From Myxococcota bacterium (GTDB taxonomy: Bacteria; Myxococcota_A; UBA796; CAJQPC01), in NCBI GenBank assembly GCA_036012755.1, contig DASCPX010000009.1:96001-160000 (forward strand): 64,000 bases of DNA, in the 5' to 3' direction. Each line of letters starts with the position of its first letter. Positions within the stretch are counted from its first letter, which is position 1. The notes under the pieces were generated by a model. That model was not told the DNA's origin. It was given only the letters and a program-made list of their open reading frames with translations, and searched no databases. Below are positions 49,610 through 58,783 of the stretch, in pieces. The position numbers and the translations under genes were made by a program.

Positions 49610-50955
49610 CGCAGGGGCTCCACGCAGCCCCAGAGGACCAGGTTGTAGTAGGTCATCATCGGTGCCCAGGTGGCGAAGCCGACGTAGGCTTCACCGGCGT
49701 TTTCGACCAGGTTGTCGTCCACGACCCAGGCCTGCGCCTCGACGATCTTGGAGGCGCAGTAGCCCTCTTCGGGCCCGCAGGTTGGTCCTGGCAGCTTCCT
49801 CGAGGAACGCGGCCGCCTCGTAGGGGTCGCTGACCTTTGCGGGCTCGTCGAGGCAGCCGAAGTCGCGCAGGGGGCCGTAGACCATGCCGAGCTCGTTGAT
49901 GTAGTCCTCGGCCTCGCCGTATTGGACGATGCTGGTGTCGCCCTCGAGGATGGCGCGCTCGAGCAGCATGAGCTCTTCGGGGGTCCTTCCCAGGCGGGCC
50001 CGCTGGTCGTCTGCCGTGCCCTCGGCGACCCGGAGCACGTCCTCGACGTAGCTCTCGAGGCGGGCGCGGGGCTGTTCTTCGCCGGCGTGCCGGGCGAGCA
50101 GGTCATCCAGCAGCTTCGTCAGCTGGGAGCTGGCACCCTCTCCGGCGAGCACGAAGGCCTGCAGCACCGCGAGGCGGTCGTCGACGGTCAGCCCCTGCGA
50201 GCCATGGCGAGGGACCTCGCCTGCGAGTCCGTGGTCCGCCGCAGCCACGCGCAGAGCAGCGAGCTCGGTGGCGCTGTCCTCGCCGCAGGCCACGATGGCG
50301 TCGCCGAGCTCGAAGCCCACCTCGTCGTCCCAGTGGTTCGGCGTGCCCACGATGAGCTCGCTCGCCGCCCAGTAGGCCGGCGCCGCCACGCGGAGTCGCT
50401 CGTCCCCGACGATCTCGGCCCTGCGCAGGTATGCGAAGTGGGCAGGTGCCCGGGCCCGCAGCTCTGCGAGATCGGCCTGGGCCTCAGCGAACTCGGGGTC
50501 GAGCTTCAGGGCCTCGGCGTATGCCGCGCGGGCCGCATCGATCCGACCTTCCGACTCCAGCTCGAGACCCTCCGACCACGCTGTCAGGGCGTCGAAGGAC
50601 TCCGTGGGTGTGTCGACCATGAGCGCGCGGCGCTCCTTGGCGCTGAGCTCGACGTCCGCGAGCAGCGAGGCGACGACATCCTTTTCGACCGCGACCCAGT
50701 CGGCCACCGGTCCCTGGGACGCCGCCGTGTGGAGCACGCTCGCGCTCTGGGTGTCCACGATGCGCGCGTCCATGGCGAAGGTGCCAGCTGCGACCGCTCC
50801 AGCAGGTCGATGGCGGCGATGTCATCGAGATCGCTCACGATCATGCCGGCGAGGCCCTTGCCGAGGCCAGCGAACTCCTCGCTCGCTGCGGCCCTCTCGA
50901 GCGGCAGGACCGCCAGGGACTCGGCGCTGGCGACATCGAGCAGGAGGAGGAGCAT
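49606..50955 (-). pseudogene. Frameshifted CsgG/TolB-N-like + TPR protein, paralog of the downstream gene
   Basis: Three frames are needed. There are breaks near 50785 (LLERSQL / GTFAMDARIV, with the middle of the domain missing) and near 49775. Confidence 0.7.
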
Positions 50956-51001
50956 GGACCCAGGAACTAACAGGGCGCGCACCCCTTACAGTCCGCGATG
51001 G

Positions 51002-52762
51002 TCAGGGCACCAGCTCTCGCAACTCCCAGCTCCAGGCCCGGGACCTCGTGTCGATCGCGTAGACGTGGCCGTCGTCCCAGGCGACCAGGTCCAGCGGTCC
51101 GGGTCCGAAGACCGTGACCACCTCGCCAGCCCGGAGATCCCAGAGAGCCGCTCGCCCGTCGGCGGTCGGGCCCACCAGGAACCGCCCGTCTGGACTCGCG
51201 CTGATCGTGCCGCGCTCGCCTCGCCAGTCCTGGTCCGCCAGCACGATGGCCTCGCCGTCGGGCTCCCACCGCCACAGCCACGCGGGCTCGCAAGCTCCCG
51301 CGCATCCCACGAGGATCTCGCCGCTGTGAGCCAGGGTGCTGACCCCCCGGACCTCGCCGCAACATGCGCTCGGGCCGCTCGGGCCGACGGACAACTCGGG
51401 CAGGGACAGGGCAGTCACCGCGCCGTCCTCCTGCACCATCCACAGCCGCTCCGAGCCAAAGACCAGCCCCTCCACGGCGGAGAGTGTCTCGGCCCAGTGG
51501 CGGGCGCGATCTGCGAAGCGCTCTCCCTCGAGCAACGACACGCCACGCCGGTCCCCCAGAGCGAGCATGGAGCCGTCGTCCGACCACGCAAGCGCGCGTA
51601 GACCGTTGACGTCGTACACGGTCCTCAAGACCTCGCCGCTGTCTACGTCGACGAGCCAGAGGCGACGATGAGCTCCGATTGCGAGCTTCTTGCCGTCCGG
51701 CGACAAGGCACCCACGAAGAGGTCGTCCCAGCTGTCCGGATCGTGGTTCTCCCGCTTCGACAGCGTCGGTAGCCCGATCCGTCGAACCACTTCACCCGTG
51801 CTGGGCTCGACCAGCGCCGCCAGGGCGAAGCTGCGCTCGAGATCCTGGACATAGAGCAGCAGATCGCCCTGCAGCGGCCTCGGCGCCACGAGTCGGACAT
51901 CGGTCGCCAGAAGGACCCCGTCGGCGCGTTCGTCGAATGCCGGGGTCCACCAGTCCACGGAATGCCGAGCGATGACGCGATCTTCGCGCCAATCGACGAG
52001 GTCGTCGTCGGCGAGCCGGAGGGGGCTCTCCGCGTCGAGTTCGGCGTAGTCGAGCTGCCAGCGACCCTCGAGGTACACGACGGGCCATGTCTCCGTCCGA
52101 TCGGCGAGGGCGACGTCCACGCCGAGGGCATCGCCCCCTACGATCTCGGCGCCTGCGCTGAGCCAGCGCAGGTAGCCGGCGTCGGTGTTCCTGGCATGCC
52201 AGGCGTAGGTCCAGTCAGAGGCGACTCTCGCTTCTTCCGCGGCGTCGACGCGGAGGTCGACCCCTGGAAGGAGCCGGGGCTTGCCCTCCCCCGAGTGCAG
52301 CTCGTCGAGGAGGTCGGCGACGAAGCGCTCCGGTTCGCTGCACAGACCGCAGGCGCTGCGCTCGAAGCGCTCGACCACGGTCCCTCCGCCGTCTCGGCGC
52401 AGGACCACCGTCAGCGGGGGGTTGGTGTCGAGGACCACGCGGAGGTAGTCGGGTCCCTCCACCACGCCGAGCACGGCCGCGCCCTCGGCCAGCGTGCGTC
52501 CAAGCGGCGACGTGGGGGCCAGCGCCCGGTCGAGGTGGTGGTAGTAGCTGCGTCGCGCGGCAGGGGGGAGCTCGCCCAGAGCCAGTGGCCGCACCGCTTC
52601 GCGAAGCCACGCCGGGTCCAGCTCCCCGGCGACGGCTCGCGCGCTCAGCTCGGAGACGAGCGCCTCTGCGCGTTCGGCGTCAGGCGGCCGCGCCGCCAGG
52701 GCTCCTGAGCCCAGAAAGACAAGGATTGGCCAAGCCTGGAGGGGGGAGGTCGCGCGCCGCAC
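51002..52762 (-). CDS. Secreted WD40-repeat protein
   Basis: ALSPDGKKLA, LAWSDDG.MLALG and SPDGRFL...ALWDL; signal peptide from GTG 52762 (start uncertain). Confidence 0.72.
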   Translation of the reverse strand: MRRATSPLQAWPILVFLGSGALAARPPDAERAEALVSELSARAVAGELDPAWLREAVRPLALGELPPAARRSYYHHLDRALAPTSPLGRTLAEGAAVLGVVEGPDYLRVVLDTNPPLTVVLRRDGGGTVVERFERSACGLCSEPERFVADLLDELHSGEGKPRLLPGVDLRVDAAEEARVASDWTYAWHARNTDAGYLRWLSAGAEIVGGDALGVDVALADRTETWPVVYLEGRWQLDYAELDAESPLRLADDDLVDWREDRVIARHSVDWWTPAFDERADGVLLATDVRLVAPRPLQGDLLLYVQDLERSFALAALVEPSTGEVVRRIGLPTLSKRENHDPDSWDDLFVGALSPDGKKLAIGAHRRLWLVDVDSGEVLRTVYDVNGLRALAWSDDGSMLALGDRRGVSLLEGERFADRARHWAETLSAVEGLVFGSERLWMVQEDGAVTALSLPELSVGPSGPSACCGEVRGVSTLAHSGEILVGCAGACEPAWLWRWEPDGEAIVLADQDWRGERGTISASPDGRFLVGPTADGRAALWDLRAGEVVTVFGPGPLDLVAWDDGHVYAIDTRSRAWSWELRELVP

Positions 52763-52784
52763 GCCAGCATGTATCTTGCACCGC

Positions 52785-53654
52785 ATGCTGCTGCTCGCCA
52801 CGCTCGCATGCAACAAGGACGATGGCAACGACGGGCCCCAGTGGCTCCTGAAGCAGCGCCACGCGGGCCAGCCGCTCGCCTTGGGCCAGGGCTTCGACCC
52901 CTCGGACCCGACGGAGACCTACTTCGCGGCACAACACATCGTGCCCGACCTCTACTACGGAAACTCGCCACCCTCCGAGATCCCGCTGATGCTGTGGGAG
53001 CACGTGCTCGGAGAGAACATCAGCGATCCTGGGATCTGTCCCTACCTGACCGCGGACGGACCGACGCTGGTCTACGACGGGAACTGCCGATCCGCCGAGG
53101 GCTACGATTTCTCCGGCGAGGTCAGCATCCTGGAGTGGGAGGAGGAAGGCCAGGGCTGGCAACACTGGGACTTCGACATCGTGGTGGAGACCGAACTGCC
53201 GGACCAGTCCTTCGATCGCATCGGGCTCACCGGAGAGATCTTCTACGGCTCGGCCAACGAGGACATCGGACTCGTCTCGCACACCCAGACCAACGTGCAG
53301 ATGGAGTCCGAGGGCTACTGGGCGAACAAGGCGGTCAACGGAGACAACCTCGAGGCGGCCTGGAGCGAGGTCGCCTTCACCGGGATCTGGGAGACACAGG
53401 ATCTGGGGACGCGCACCTACGTCCACGTTGGCGTGCTCGACCTGGGCGACTTCGGTGGCTTCACCTTCCAGACGGAGGGCCTCGTCGATCAGGGCGCCAG
53501 CTGCGTCGGCGAAGCGAAGGGGCGGGTGCAGATCTCCGGCACTGCGGACGCGACCCTCCGCTTCGAAGGCAGCGAGCGCTGTGATGGGTGCGCCGAGCAC
53601 ACCGCCGAAGGTGCCACCACCCTCGCCTGCGCGAGCCGCGAGTACCTGCTCTAG
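52785..53654 (+). CDS. Hypothetical lipoprotein
   Basis: MLLLATLAC; beta-rich; C-terminal CDGC...C. Confidence 0.68.
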   Translation: MLLLATLACNKDDGNDGPQWLLKQRHAGQPLALGQGFDPSDPTETYFAAQHIVPDLYYGNSPPSEIPLMLWEHVLGENISDPGICPYLTADGPTLVYDGNCRSAEGYDFSGEVSILEWEEEGQGWQHWDFDIVVETELPDQSFDRIGLTGEIFYGSANEDIGLVSHTQTNVQMESEGYWANKAVNGDNLEAAWSEVAFTGIWETQDLGTRTYVHVGVLDLGDFGGFTFQTEGLVDQGASCVGEAKGRVQISGTADATLRFEGSERCDGCAEHTAEGATTLACASREYLL

Positions 53655-53720
53655 CGCCCCTCGGCAGAAGTCGCGACGCGCCTTCCACCGGCGCCTTCGG
53701 CGCGCGCCGGGGAGAACTAG
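53651..53720. mobile_element. MITE-like element, short (internally deleted) copy, flanked by CTAG
   Basis: About 55 bp near-identical to the left end of the long copy, fused to its right end (ccggRgagaactag). Confidence 0.7.
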
Positions 53721-53721
53721 A

Positions 53722-54807
53722 TCACCGAGATGCGCGCTCCACGCGCTCTTCCGGGAGCCAGGTGTTCGGGGCGTAGAAGTAGTCGGCTTCGTCGTGGGAG
53801 ATCCAACGCAGCTCGGCGGCCGTCCGGTGTCCGACCCGGAGCTGGTCGAGGCTCTCGACTTCCAGCTCCTCCGACATGCCGGACGGCCGGTCCACGGCCA
53901 TGACCTCTGCGTAGCGCTGGGGAAACAGCGGCGCAGCGAGTGGCTCTACGTAGCCCTCGGGGTACTCCGCGAGGAAGGTGGCAAGGTCGTAGCGGTCGGT
54001 GGCACCGAGAGCGTGGGCGATCTCGTGGGCCATCGTCGTGAGCACGTAGGCGACGTTGTCCTCGCTGGCCGAGACGTGGGCCACCGCCGTCCGACGCTTG
54101 GGGTCACCTCGGCTGTCGGCCGCCTGGTCGCTGGTGCCGGGCAAGTAGGCGATGTAGAGACGCACCCCGTAGCTGTCCGCCTCCACGCCCTGGTCCGCCG
54201 CCATGTTCTCCCACCACCACACATAGGAGATGGAGTGCGCGGCACGCGACAAGGTCGGCATGTCCCGCCCGACCGACGGCGGCTGCAGGGGCACACCCCA
54301 GGGCCCCTCGGGGTGCAGCTCCACCCAGGCATCGGAGCGGCCGGTGTAGCGGCGGTATTCGGCGTTGAACCAGTCCTCGAGCGCCACGATGGCCGTGCCG
54401 TCGTTGACCTCCTGGACGATTGGTGCGCCCTGGTCCTCTGGCGCGGCGAACTGCATGACACCGACGTCGATGGTGCCCCCTCCGAAGAGCAGCGCCTCGT
54501 CGTGGGACCGGAACTCCGCGACCTTGAAGATGACCACGGCGAGCAGCAGCACCCATGCCAGCTGGCGGATGCGACGCCACCTGCGCCGAGACCTCAGCTC
54601 GGGTCCGTCCTCGATCATCCGCGCCACGACGACCTCGGCGCCTGCCCCTCGCAGACGGGTGGCGAGAGCCCGAGCGTCGGCCTCGCTTCGTGGACGCAAC
54701 AGCAGCGGGAAGGGACCGATGAGACGATCCGGGAGGAGGTCCCCGAGGGCCTCCAATCCTCCGTCCGGTGGCCCGAGCACGACCACCTGCCAGCGCGTGT
54801 CCGTCAT
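53722..54807 (-). CDS. Membrane-anchored zinc metallopeptidase-like protein
   Basis: TM helix; HEIAHALGATD (HExxHxxGxxD); downstream EVMA Met-turn-like motif. Confidence 0.68.
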   Translation of the reverse strand: MTDTRWQVVVLGPPDGGLEALGDLLPDRLIGPFPLLLRPRSEADARALATRLRGAGAEVVVARMIEDGPELRSRRRWRRIRQLAWVLLLAVVIFKVAEFRSHDEALLFGGGTIDVGVMQFAAPEDQGAPIVQEVNDGTAIVALEDWFNAEYRRYTGRSDAWVELHPEGPWGVPLQPPSVGRDMPTLSRAAHSISYVWWWENMAADQGVEADSYGVRLYIAYLPGTSDQAADSRGDPKRRTAVAHVSASEDNVAYVLTTMAHEIAHALGATDRYDLATFLAEYPEGYVEPLAAPLFPQRYAEVMAVDRPSGMSEELEVESLDQLRVGHRTAAELRWISHDEADYFYAPNTWLPEERVERASR

Positions 54808-54865
54808 GGGTGCTGACACAACCTTGCACCCGCGGAGCCGCAGGACAAGCGATTCCGCGTGGTGG

Positions 54866-56563
54866 TCAGCCCTTGAAGGCGGCCAACGCGACCCCGACGA
54901 GCTTGCCCCAACCCGGCTCGGACTCCATCGCGACGAGCTTCTGACCCACCTGCGCGAGGTTCTTGTGGTCGCTGAACCAGACCGGCGGCGGCTGGATGCG
55001 GAAGGGAGCGCGGACCACGCTCTTCTGCGGGTGGTCGAAGAGGAAGGTGTTGTGGACGACGCCCATCCCCGACCGGATGTCCTTCGGGGTGTGGCCGGGG
55101 AATGCACCCCAGGTGGTCACGCAGAGGCCATAGATGAGCCCCGCCCAGCAGTTGATGGCGATGCCTCCGTATCGGAGCTCGGCGATGGCGCGGTCGAGCT
55201 CCGCCGCGTGGGCCTTGCAGGTCTTCGGATGGACGAGGACCATGCAGGAGAGCGTGCCCCAGCAGCTCTCGTTGGCGAACTCGGTGGCCTGGCGGAGGAA
55301 CTCGCCAGGGGTGCTGCAGTCGAGGTCGACCTGGGCGAGCACGCCGCAGAAGGCCTCCGTGGACAGGGCGTACTCATCACTGCGCGCCTGGACATCGGGG
55401 ATCAGCGTCCAAGGAACGATGTCCTCGCCGCCGCTGCCGAGGACCTCGGCCCCCGGGTACTTCTCTACGAAGCTGGAGTAGCGCTGCGCCGCACCCGGGT
55501 AGTAGGCCTTGCGTGGGGGAGACTCGCTGAGAGCGGTCCGCAGGTGCTGGAGGAACGACTCCCGCTTGTCCCAGCCCCGCGCGAGCACGACAACCTTTGC
55601 GGCGTTGCAGTTGAAGCTGCCGTTCTGCGTGACCATCCCCGCGACGCTCTTGGCCTGGAACTCCAGGTCCGCATCGGACCAGGGCCCGGGCACGACCAGG
55701 ACGGGGGTCACGCAGCCGAGCTCCGCGGAGAAGGGCCGGGTGTTGACCGGCTCGTCCGCGTCCTTGCGGCGCTGGGCCTCCTCCGGATCCGGGCCCCAGA
55801 CGATGGCGTCGTAGGTTCGATCGGAGCCGGTGACGTGCAGGGTCTCGACGCACTCGTGGGTGGTCAGGTACTTGCCGACCTCGACGCCTCCGTAGACCAC
55901 GGCCATGAAGCCGTCCGCGATGAGGGAAGCGAAGGCTGTCTCGACGTGGGGGCCAGAGTGCTCGTTCACCGGGTTCATCTTCAGGACGCAGACCTCGTCC
56001 TCCACGAAGAGCTTGTGGAGCACGTCCATCGGCGCGATGGAGGCCACGTTTCCAGCGCCGAGCACCAGCCCGACGGCGCCCTCACCCTTCGGCTCGCGGT
56101 AGATGCGACCCTGCGTCGCCGGCTTGCCGGGCTCGAGCCAGATCTCCGCCGAGTGACCCGTGAACATCAGCTTGTCCTGCAGGTTCGTCGGGAAGACGTC
56201 TGCGACGAGCTGACCGTCGGGGCGCGCCTTCACCGCCGGGGGCCGAGGCTGACCGCCCGCCTCGAGGGCCTCGATCAACAGCCTCGCGTTGCGGATCGTT
56301 GTCGTGACCGCCGCGAGCCACTCCTCGCCGGCGAGCGAGCTGTCGACCGGGATGCCCTTCTTGCGACAGCCGTCGGCGACCATCGCCGGCGCGACGGCGT
56401 TCATGCCCTCGATGACCTTCTGGAGGTACTGGACACGCTCTGGGATGCTCGTCTGGACCCAGGCGCCCCGGTGTTCGGCGAGGCGGCGGACGAGCGCGTC
56501 GCACTCCTCGAGCGAAGTCGGCGGGATGCTGGGCGGGGCCTCTGGGAACTTCGGGCTGGCCAT
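54866..56563 (-). CDS. Aldehyde dehydrogenase family protein
   Basis: GAGN, LKMNP, VTGS, AELG..TP, FNC (catalytic Cys), EAFC and YGGIAIN. Confidence 0.9.
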   Translation of the reverse strand: MASPKFPEAPPSIPPTSLEECDALVRRLAEHRGAWVQTSIPERVQYLQKVIEGMNAVAPAMVADGCRKKGIPVDSSLAGEEWLAAVTTTIRNARLLIEALEAGGQPRPPAVKARPDGQLVADVFPTNLQDKLMFTGHSAEIWLEPGKPATQGRIYREPKGEGAVGLVLGAGNVASIAPMDVLHKLFVEDEVCVLKMNPVNEHSGPHVETAFASLIADGFMAVVYGGVEVGKYLTTHECVETLHVTGSDRTYDAIVWGPDPEEAQRRKDADEPVNTRPFSAELGCVTPVLVVPGPWSDADLEFQAKSVAGMVTQNGSFNCNAAKVVVLARGWDKRESFLQHLRTALSESPPRKAYYPGAAQRYSSFVEKYPGAEVLGSGGEDIVPWTLIPDVQARSDEYALSTEAFCGVLAQVDLDCSTPGEFLRQATEFANESCWGTLSCMVLVHPKTCKAHAAELDRAIAELRYGGIAINCWAGLIYGLCVTTWGAFPGHTPKDIRSGMGVVHNTFLFDHPQKSVVRAPFRIQPPPVWFSDHKNLAQVGQKLVAMESEPGWGKLVGVALAAFKG

Positions 56564-56590
56564 GGTCGTCGCTCCTGGCGAGCCCGCCTC

Positions 56591-57151
56591 CTATCGCTGC
56601 ACCGGCACCTCGGCCCACATCGCGCCGCGCAGATCGCCGACGCCGTAGCCCGTGGCCGCGTCCTCCGGGTAGCGCTCCGCTAGCAAGGCCGCGACCTCGT
56701 CGTCGATGTGGCTGCCGTGGCAGGCGAGGCAGCCGGGCTCGATGCGAATGGGCTTGAGCACGCACGCCTGGCCATCGATGATCTCGGACACCCCGGGGGT
56801 GTCGGAGTCCGCCTGCTCGAGCCACTCACGGACCCAGGCCGGGCCGGCGTTGTCGGGGTTCCGGAGCTTCGTCGACGCCCGCCCCGCCTGGCCCCCGCTC
56901 TCGGCGGAGATGGCAGCGGTCAGCGCCTGGGCCTCCGTCGAGCACACACCGACGGCAGCGGTCGGGCCACCCTCCCGGAGGACCTCGACCATGCGCCCCT
57001 TCAGGCTCTTTCCGAGCTCGTTCAGGGAGTCGTTGGCCTCTGCGATCGCGCGAGCCTCGGCCGCCGCGTCCTGGACGACGGGAGGCTCCGGTGTCGCCGG
57101 GGCATCGAGGGCGGGCTCCTGCGTGGAGCATGCACAGAGCAGGATCAGCAT
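56591..57151 (-). CDS. DUF3365/Tll0287-like heme c lipoprotein
   Basis: RAS.KLRNP.N, CLACHG and YPEDAATGY.VGDLRG. Confidence 0.88.
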   Translation of the reverse strand: MLILLCACSTQEPALDAPATPEPPVVQDAAAEARAIAEANDSLNELGKSLKGRMVEVLREGGPTAAVGVCSTEAQALTAAISAESGGQAGRASTKLRNPDNAGPAWVREWLEQADSDTPGVSEIIDGQACVLKPIRIEPGCLACHGSHIDDEVAALLAERYPEDAATGYGVGDLRGAMWAEVPVQR

Positions 57152-57177
57152 GGGTCCCTCTTAGTTAAGAGCGGCGC

Positions 57178-57555
57178 ATGCTGCAGGCTCTCCTCGTCGA
57201 CCCCTGGCCCGCGTGGCTCGGCGCGGGCGTGCTCGCGATCGTGGTCCTGCTCTACCGCCGCGTCGGCTTCGGCGCGCTCGGGGACTGGAAACTGTGGCTC
57301 GGTCTCGGGGTCGGCGGCCTCCTCGCGCGGTTGATCAGCGGCCGCTTCTCACCGGACTTCGCCCACGGCGTCTGGGACCAGGCCGTGGTCCCCTGGCTGC
57401 CTCTGAAGGCCTGCGCCTTCCTCCTCGCCGGCCTGCTGATGGGCTACGGCGTACGTCGGGTGAGGAGCCTCGGCAGCCCCCGGACGCTGATCCTCTTCGC
57501 TCTCGCAGCGGCCTTCACAGCCAATCTGCTTGTGCGGATCTCGGAGTCATGGTGA
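57178..57555 (+). CDS. Small membrane protein, YeeE/YedE-like (degenerate)
   Basis: PWP.WLG.G, WKL.LGL.VGGLL and AGLLMGYG.R; lacks the GC motif. Confidence 0.55.
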   Translation: MLQALLVDPWPAWLGAGVLAIVVLLYRRVGFGALGDWKLWLGLGVGGLLARLISGRFSPDFAHGVWDQAVVPWLPLKACAFLLAGLLMGYGVRRVRSLGSPRTLILFALAAAFTANLLVRISESW

Positions 57556-57887
57556 GGAGATTCCTTGCAGGAATCGGCCTCGGCGTCCTCCTGAGCCGCC
57601 TCGATGCGAGCGCACCGCAGGCAGTCTTCGAGGCCCTGATGCTCCGGAATCCGCACCTGTCGTATTGCGCCCTGGGCGCCGTATTCGCCTCGCTCCTGGT
57701 TCACCCGGGTCGCCGTGGACCCGCCTGGCCAGCGATCCTGATAGGGATCGGGGTCGGACTGTGCGGGGCCTTGCCGCTGACGGCTTTCGTGGCAATCGGA
57801 GAGGGCAGGCTCAGCGCCATCTTCATCGTCATCGGTGTGCTGCTCGGCGCGCGGGGTGCCGACTCACTCCATGGTCGAGCAGAATGA
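57549..57887 (+). CDS. Small membrane protein, YeeE/YedE-like (degenerate)
   Basis: GIGLGVLL, GIG.GL.G..P and IGEG...A...IG.LLG. Confidence 0.55.
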   Translation: MVRRFLAGIGLGVLLSRLDASAPQAVFEALMLRNPHLSYCALGAVFASLLVHPGRRGPAWPAILIGIGVGLCGALPLTAFVAIGEGRLSAIFIVIGVLLGARGADSLHGRAE

Positions 57888-57944
57888 AATGGACCGGTGA
57901 CGTTCGACGTCTTGTGTGTAGCTGCATCTACACAAGGAGTCGCC

Positions 57945-58172
57945 ATGACCTTCGTCACCGACCCGATGTCCCTGGCCCTCGCTCTCGGGCTCCTGGGGCC
58001 CGCTGCCGTCGACGAGCACGGCGTGTTCGACGAGGGTCGCCTGGACACGAGCACGGAGAAGGCCGACCTGGCGCGCGCGCTCGCCACCGAGCTGGACGCC
58101 GCGGTGTCCGAAGCTGACGAGGTCGTCCTGACCGACGTCGCCCTGACCGAGGTCTACTCCCTGGAAGAGTAG
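57945..58172 (+). CDS. Small acidic hypothetical protein
   Basis: AAGGAG RBS before the ATG; coding-like bias. Confidence 0.55.
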   Translation: MTFVTDPMSLALALGLLGPAAVDEHGVFDEGRLDTSTEKADLARALATELDAAVSEADEVVLTDVALTEVYSLEE

Positions 58173-58783
58173 GCACAGAGGAAGGCCTCCAGGGCGGGAG
58201 CGAGCTCGGAGTCGACGAGCTTCGCCGCGAGCGCGTGGAAGCGGAGTATCTCCATGGGATTCTGGCTCCCCAGGTCCTCGTCCTCGTCGCCGCCGGCAGC
58301 GTCCGATACCACTTTCAGCGCGACGAAGGGCAGGCCCGCGTCCAGCGCGCGGATCGCCGAGGCCTCCATCTCGCAGACCTGCGCCCCGAGGGCGAAGAGC
58401 TCAGCGCGGCGCTCGGGCGTCGTGACCGGCTCCGAGACCGTGACGAGGCTGACCGGTGTCGCCCCCGGGACGACGCCCAGGGTCTCCCATCGGTCCAACA
58501 CCCGCAGCGCGCAAGCGCTGACGAGGGCGCCGACGGGGAGATCGTCGACCAGGGCACCGCAGGTCCCAAAGCTGACCAGATGGGTCGCAGGCCACTCGGC
58601 AAGCGTCTCTCGCCCCCGCTCGGCGGCCTTTGCCGGACCGACCCCACAGGTGAGCACTGCGACGTGCTCGCCACCCAGGCGCCCAGCGACGAGGCGCGGA
58701 CCCATCACGCGGCCCTGCTCGAGCCGACGCACGACGGGGAGGGTCTCGGCCGCGAGCGCCCCGGCGAGCAGCCAGCGCCTCAT
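58154..58783 (-). CDS. Nucleoside phosphorylase/MTA-SAH nucleosidase family (HpnG-like)
   Basis: CGVG..KA, SFG.CGAL, CEMEA and KVVSD. Confidence 0.82.
   Translation of the reverse strand: MRRWLLAGALAAETLPVVRRLEQGRVMGPRLVAGRLGGEHVAVLTCGVGPAKAAERGRETLAEWPATHLVSFGTCGALVDDLPVGALVSACALRVLDRWETLGVVPGATPVSLVTVSEPVTTPERRAELFALGAQVCEMEASAIRALDAGLPFVALKVVSDAAGGDEDEDLGSQNPMEILRFHALAAKLVDSELAPALEAFLCAYSSRE

Noticed and set aside
48566..50955. Curli secretion locus
   Set aside because: Only a CsgG-like fold fragment is present, with no csgA/B/E/F-like genes.
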